A DNA stretch of 64,000 nucleotides from an uncultured delta proteobacterium. Its GTDB lineage: Bacteria > Myxococcota_A > Polyangia > Polyangiales > Polyangiaceae. The notes under the pieces were generated by a model that saw nothing but the letters and a program-made list of their open reading frames with translations, did no database searches and was not told where the DNA came from. Shown piece after piece: positions 59,885 through 64,000 of the stretch (the first letter of the stretch is position 1; every line of letters starts with the position of its first letter). Made by a program: the position numbers and the translations under genes. The DNA lies in the NCBI GenBank assembly GCA_963841435.1, contig CAWJCS010000003.1, positions 256,001 to 320,000 on the forward strand, given 5' to 3'.

Positions 59885-61201
59885 CTAGAGTCCGCTGAAG
59901 AACGACCAAATGTTCCCGGCCGCGGTGCCGGTGATGGTGTGGTCCCAGTTTCCGACGCAGTAGACGACTGGGCTCCCGTCTACGCAGCCGCCGTAGGACT
60001 GACACCCGGTGAAGGACGCGGTGGTCATCTGGTTGCAGCCGTTTTGCTGGAGCCAAAAATCACGAGTCGCCTCGCCCCGGTCGGGCGTGACCAGCGTGTC
60101 GGCGGTCCCTTGATGGACGATGACCGCGGGCTTTGCGTTCGCGTTCGGACACGAGTCTGGACCCAGCCCCTCCACGGGCGCGAAGCCGCGGAACCAGTCG
60201 CTGTGGGCGCAGGCGATGGAGTTGGTGAACATGCCGCCCATGCTGAAGCCCGTGATGAACACGCGACTCGGATCGATGCAGAAGCGATCCTCGAGATCGG
60301 TCATCAACGACTGAATGAAGGTGTAGTTTGCATCGTTGGCCGTCCAGGTCAACTTGAGGACCTGATCGCCCCAGTGCGACGTGTTGCCGGGGGCTGGGCC
60401 TTCTCCCTGCGGGAACACGGTGATGGCCTTGCCGTTCGAGCGTGACGTGAAATTGTACAGACCCACGACGGCGACGTTGTTCATGTCGTAGCCGTGCAGG
60501 GCGAAGACCAGCGAGAGCGGCGTCTTGTTGTCGGTGTTGGTCGGAACGTCGAGCAGGTAGTAGCGGGTCGTTCCGCCGATATCCATGGTCTGTTGGACCT
60601 TGGGATCCGGTCGAGCGAGAGCCGTGCCGCAGCCGGGCGAGCTCGTCGCCGCACCGGCGGCACCGCCGCTGCCACCGCCCGAGCTACCGCCTGCGCCAGA
60701 AGCGCCGCCCGAAAGCGAGCCGCCTTCCCCTGCGCTGCCGCTCGAGCCGGCCGTCGTCCCACCCGCGCCCGCCGTCATGCCGCCCGCGCCGCTCATCGCG
60801 CCACCCGAACCGCTGGTCGCACCGCCGGAGCTCAGCGTGCCACCCGACCCGCTGCTCGCGCCGCCCGACCCGCTGCTCGCGCCGCCCGACCCGCTGCTCG
60901 CGCCGCCCGACCCGCTGCTCGCGCCGCCCGACCCGCTGCTCGCGCCGCCCGACCCGCTGCTCGCGCCTCCGGAGCTCATGGTGCCGCCGGACCCGCTCAT
61001 CGCTCCGCCGGACCCGCTCGTGGTGCCGCCAGTTCCGGCACCGCTTTCTGCGGCAGAACCGCCCACGGCACCCGACCCGTCACCACCGGCGCTCTGGTTC
61101 ACTGACGACGTTGCGCCATCCGAGCACGCTGCACAGAAGGCAACGAGAGAACAGACCGCGACCGAACGCGGAACGAGAGAAAAACGAGCTCGAGGATTCA
61201 T
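59885..61201 (-). CDS. Feruloyl esterase/PHB-depolymerase-like lipoprotein
   Basis: CAAC lipobox-like site, (GGASSGS)n linker, RYYLLDVP, LVFALHG, RVFITGFSMGG, HQGTAD, WDH. Confidence 0.85.
   Translation of the reverse strand: MNPRARFSLVPRSVAVCSLVAFCAACSDGATSSVNQSAGGDGSGAVGGSAAESGAGTGGTTSGSGGAMSGSGGTMSSGGASSGSGGASSGSGGASSGSGGASSGSGGASSGSGGASSGSGGTLSSGGATSGSGGAMSGAGGMTAGAGGTTAGSSGSAGEGGSLSGGASGAGGSSGGGSGGAAGAATSSPGCGTALARPDPKVQQTMDIGGTTRYYLLDVPTNTDNKTPLSLVFALHGYDMNNVAVVGLYNFTSRSNGKAITVFPQGEGPAPGNTSHWGDQVLKLTWTANDANYTFIQSLMTDLEDRFCIDPSRVFITGFSMGGMFTNSIACAHSDWFRGFAPVEGLGPDSCPNANAKPAVIVHQGTADTLVTPDRGEATRDFWLQQNGCNQMTTASFTGCQSYGGCVDGSPVVYCVGNWDHTITGTAAGNIWSFFSGL
60843..60968 (-). repeat. 21-bp tandem repeat, ~6 copies
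   Basis: CCCGACCCGCTGCTCGCGCCG array. Confidence 0.92.
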
Positions 61202-61280
61202 GATGGTCACTCCCTGCCTTTCTGTCCTCTGCCCCGCGACAACCGTTCGTCTGAAGCAGCAGTTGTCGCTCCCTTTCGAA

Positions 61281-63083
61281 CTACGGCGTGTAGCGGATCG
61301 TTGCCCAGCCGCTCGGCATCGAAAACTGCAGCTTCTTGCCGCCGATGGCGACGACGTAACTGCCGTTCGCCGCGCCGCTGTTGTACATGACGGCCACCAG
61401 GCTGCCGTCGGGGTTCTTGAACGCGACGGCATCGCCGCCCATGGCATCGATGCGCTTCGCCCCCGGGACCACGAACTGAGCGAAATGCCGGAAGACGTAG
61501 TAGGCGGGCGTCTTCGTGAGCTGTCCCGAGTCCGCTACCAGCAGCGCGTTTTGCGCCCACACGCGGGTGTTGTCGATGCCCTTGCCGCCCTTGTCGAGCA
61601 CCATGTTCCACGAGTTGTAACCGGTCACGCCGTTGTTGATCGCGCTGCGGATCTGGTTCCAGCTGTCCTTGCCGTAGGCGAGATCGTTGGGCGCCGTGGC
61701 GACGTTCGCGCCGGGTTGGCCGCCGCACTTGTGCTCGGTGACCCAGATCGGAATGCCGGGGCCCCGGCTCTTCAGGTTGCTCAGCTGATTCGCGTCCGAC
61801 ATGCCCCACTGCACGCCGATGACCTTGGAGTAGGCCTTGGCGGTGGCGTCCGCCAACACGGCATTCGCGACGGCGACGTCGGCACTGCCGCCGGCGTTCG
61901 ACATCGTGGCGAGCATGATCTGCGCCGTCGGATTCGCGGTATCGAGCGCCGGCCCGAGGTACTTGCTGACGAACGTCGTGAACGTGCTCGCCGACCAGAT
62001 GCACGACGGGTAGTTCTGCGAGTAGTTCGGCTCGTTCTGTGGCGCAACGTAGTCGACCTTGATGCCCTCACCCGCGTAGGCCGCGATGAATTTCACGAAG
62101 TAGAGGGCGTGCGCCTTCAGGGTCTGGTCGTCGCTCTTCATCGAGCCGCCGTCGAAGGCATTCACGGGATTTCCCGGGGTCTGATAGGGGCTCGACTTCA
62201 TCCAGGTGGGCGGCGTCCATGGGCTCGCCCAGAAGCGGAGATCGGGGTTCACCGCCTGCGCCGCCTTGACGTACGGGATGAGCTTTTGCTTGTCCCGGTC
62301 GATGGAGAAATTCGCCATCGTGTAGTCGCCGGCCGTCTCGTCGAGCGTGTAGCGGTCCACGGCGTAGTCGCTCGCGCCCATCGGAATGCGACCCCACGCG
62401 AAGTGGCAGCCGTCCACGCCGAAGAGCAACTGAAGCGCTTCGTCCTTCATCGCCTGCGTGGTGAGGTAGCTCCAGCCGAGCTCGTTGAACGCGCCGCCGA
62501 AGCCGTCCCACGTCTGGTACGCGGTGGCGTCGTTCACGGTGACGGTCGCGTTCCCGGTCGCCTCGACCCAAGTCCCCGTCTGCCAGAACGCATCGGATGC
62601 GGAGGTGATGAGGACGTCCGCGGGAGGCTCGCCCATTCCTGCGGCCCCGCCGCTCCCCTGACCGCCGCCGCCCTGAGCGGCCCCCGCCGTTCCACCCTCA
62701 CCGGCGCTGCCGCCCGACGACTGCGAGCCACCCAGGCCGCCCGTGTCCCCTCCCGCCGTGCCGGCCTGGCCGCCGCCGCTCGTGCCCCCCGTGGTGCCTG
62801 CGAACCCGCCCGACCCGCCGCTTTGTCCAGCGCTTCCGCCGGACTGACCCGCTCCGCCGCTCTGGCTTCCCCCGGTCGCGGCGCCCCCGGCGCCGCCGCT
62901 CGTGGCACCCCCGACACCCGTTGCTCCGCCCGTCCCCGCAGCGCTCGTCCCCCCGGTCTGGCCCACACCACCAGACGGCGCGCCACCCGCGTTGCTGGTG
63001 CCGTCACCGGTGCCAGCGCACGCGGCCAGCAAAAGCGCCGTGGTCGAAATGGAGAGCGCAAGGAAGACGAGTCGAGTCCGCAT
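61281..63083 (-). CDS. GH30 glycoside hydrolase lipoprotein
   Basis: LAAC, Gly linker, QTWDGFGGAFNE, RIPMGASD, ASPWTPPTWMK, QNEP, WVTE, WNMVLD, YYVFRHF, AFKNPDGS. Confidence 0.92.
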   Translation of the reverse strand: MRTRLVFLALSISTTALLLAACAGTGDGTSNAGGAPSGGVGQTGGTSAAGTGGATGVGGATSGGAGGAATGGSQSGGAGQSGGSAGQSGGSGGFAGTTGGTSGGGQAGTAGGDTGGLGGSQSSGGSAGEGGTAGAAQGGGGQGSGGAAGMGEPPADVLITSASDAFWQTGTWVEATGNATVTVNDATAYQTWDGFGGAFNELGWSYLTTQAMKDEALQLLFGVDGCHFAWGRIPMGASDYAVDRYTLDETAGDYTMANFSIDRDKQKLIPYVKAAQAVNPDLRFWASPWTPPTWMKSSPYQTPGNPVNAFDGGSMKSDDQTLKAHALYFVKFIAAYAGEGIKVDYVAPQNEPNYSQNYPSCIWSASTFTTFVSKYLGPALDTANPTAQIMLATMSNAGGSADVAVANAVLADATAKAYSKVIGVQWGMSDANQLSNLKSRGPGIPIWVTEHKCGGQPGANVATAPNDLAYGKDSWNQIRSAINNGVTGYNSWNMVLDKGGKGIDNTRVWAQNALLVADSGQLTKTPAYYVFRHFAQFVVPGAKRIDAMGGDAVAFKNPDGSLVAVMYNSGAANGSYVVAIGGKKLQFSMPSGWATIRYTP

Positions 63084-63290
63084 CGTGATGACTTAAGGCG
63101 GCTGACGGGGTCCACGACGTCAGAAAACTGCAACTCGGAGCGCTGATACGCCGGAGCGACGCAGGCGAGAGGCAGCTTTACAGGTGTCGCAGGTCCGAAC
63201 GTCGGAATTGGAAGTAGAACTGATCCGATCGGCTGTCACTCGGGAATACACGGCCAGGCATCGAGAGTGGTCGAACCGAGGTCCAGCGAC

Positions 63291-64000
63291 GTGAATGCGA
63301 AGTCCATTTCCGGAATTGGGTTTGTCGTCATGCTCGCCCTCGCGGGCTGCTCGACGCAAAACAGTGGATCAAACGATCCGAATGCCAACGGCGGGGTCGG
63401 TGGCGGGACGGGCGGCAGCGGCGCGCTCGGTGGCGGCGGCGCCACGAGCGGAGCGGGAGGCAGCGCGGGAGTCGTCACGGGTGGCGGTGGCGGTACCGCT
63501 GGCGCTCAGGCAGGCACGGGCGGCGGCGCGGGTTCCACGGCGGCAAGCGGTGGAACGGCCGGGATTGCAGAGGCGGGCACAGGTGGTGACGCAGCGGGCG
63601 CGGCAGCCGGTGGCGTGGCGGGAGCGGGTGACGGGGGCACGGCGGGAAGCAACTTGGGTGGTGCGGGCTCGGGCGGCGACGCGGGCGCATCCGGCGCGGG
63701 GGCCGGCGGCGCAGGCGGGGTCTCGACGGCCGTCACCGTGCGGCTCGACATGCCAAAGCAGACGATGGCCGGCTTCGGCATCAACAACAACTGGGCGCCG
63801 GCCATGTCGGACGCGGACGCGGACGCGATGTTCGACGTGACCAAAGGCATCGGCCTGTCGATTCTGCGCGTCGGTATGGCGTCGAGCGGCGAGCCGTTCA
63901 ACGGCGCCTCCTGCTGGCAGGACATCCAGAAGGCGAAGGCACGCGGCGTCACCACCTTCATCGGGACGCTCTGGACCCCGCCCGCAAGCTACAAGACGAA
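63291..64000 (+). CDS. GH30 (xylanase-like) lipoprotein, partial (runs off window edge)
   Basis: Not in the ORF track. GTG 63291 reads VNAKSISGIGFVVMLALAGC, Gly linker, KQTMAGFG, GIGLSILRVG, KAKARG, WTPPASYKT. Confidence 0.8.
   Translation, partial: MNAKSISGIGFVVMLALAGCSTQNSGSNDPNANGGVGGGTGGSGALGGGGATSGAGGSAGVVTGGGGGTAGAQAGTGGGAGSTAASGGTAGIAEAGTGGDAAGAAAGGVAGAGDGGTAGSNLGGAGSGGDAGASGAGAGGAGGVSTAVTVRLDMPKQTMAGFGINNNWAPAMSDADADAMFDVTKGIGLSILRVGMASSGEPFNGASCWQDIQKAKARGVTTFIGTLWTPPASYKT

Noticed and set aside
60585-63146. Long antisense/alternate-frame ORFs (e.g. 853 aa here, 729 aa at 53682, Pro-rich ORFs opposite Gly linkers)
   Set aside because: Shadow ORFs of real genes in high-GC DNA, with no motifs.
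1-64000. tRNA, rRNA, intact integrase, prophage or intact transposase
   Set aside because: None recognisable by eye; a covariance-model scan was not possible.

Overview
This is high-GC DNA whose gene content (Gly/Ser-linker lipoproteins, DUF4215 repeats, a MYXO-CTERM-like tail, Ser/Thr kinases, ECF-FecR and sigma54-kinase-PEGA cassettes, a DUF1592/DUF1552 pair) points to a myxobacterium, probably Polyangiaceae/Sorangium-like; the taxon is an inference. The left half (about 1.9-30 kb, downstream of comM/yifB) is a scrambled accessory zone. It contains IS91/ISCR-like transposase fragments with an oriIS-like end, a group II intron 3' remnant and an MntA/HepT module. It also holds three recent local duplications (comM, a Cys-rich lipoprotein, mntA), many stitched gene fragments, and five same-orientation copies of an unnamed ~115-bp element at gene breakpoints. 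Across the window are many lipoproteins built as lipobox + tandem-repeat Gly/Ser tether + glycan-active domain (GH10, GH12, two GH30, Cip1-like, several esterases, Gfo). The best candidates for undescribed biology are: (1) a translationally coupled operon of two paralogous 12-Cys lipoproteins plus a cytoplasmic ferritin-like diiron protein; (2) an ECF sigma factor fused to a GH12-like domain next to a GH12 lipoprotein; (3) the breakpoint-associated repeat carrying a G-quadruplex motif. Family assignments come from recognised motifs, not database searches. Some single-base frameshifts may be assembly errors.
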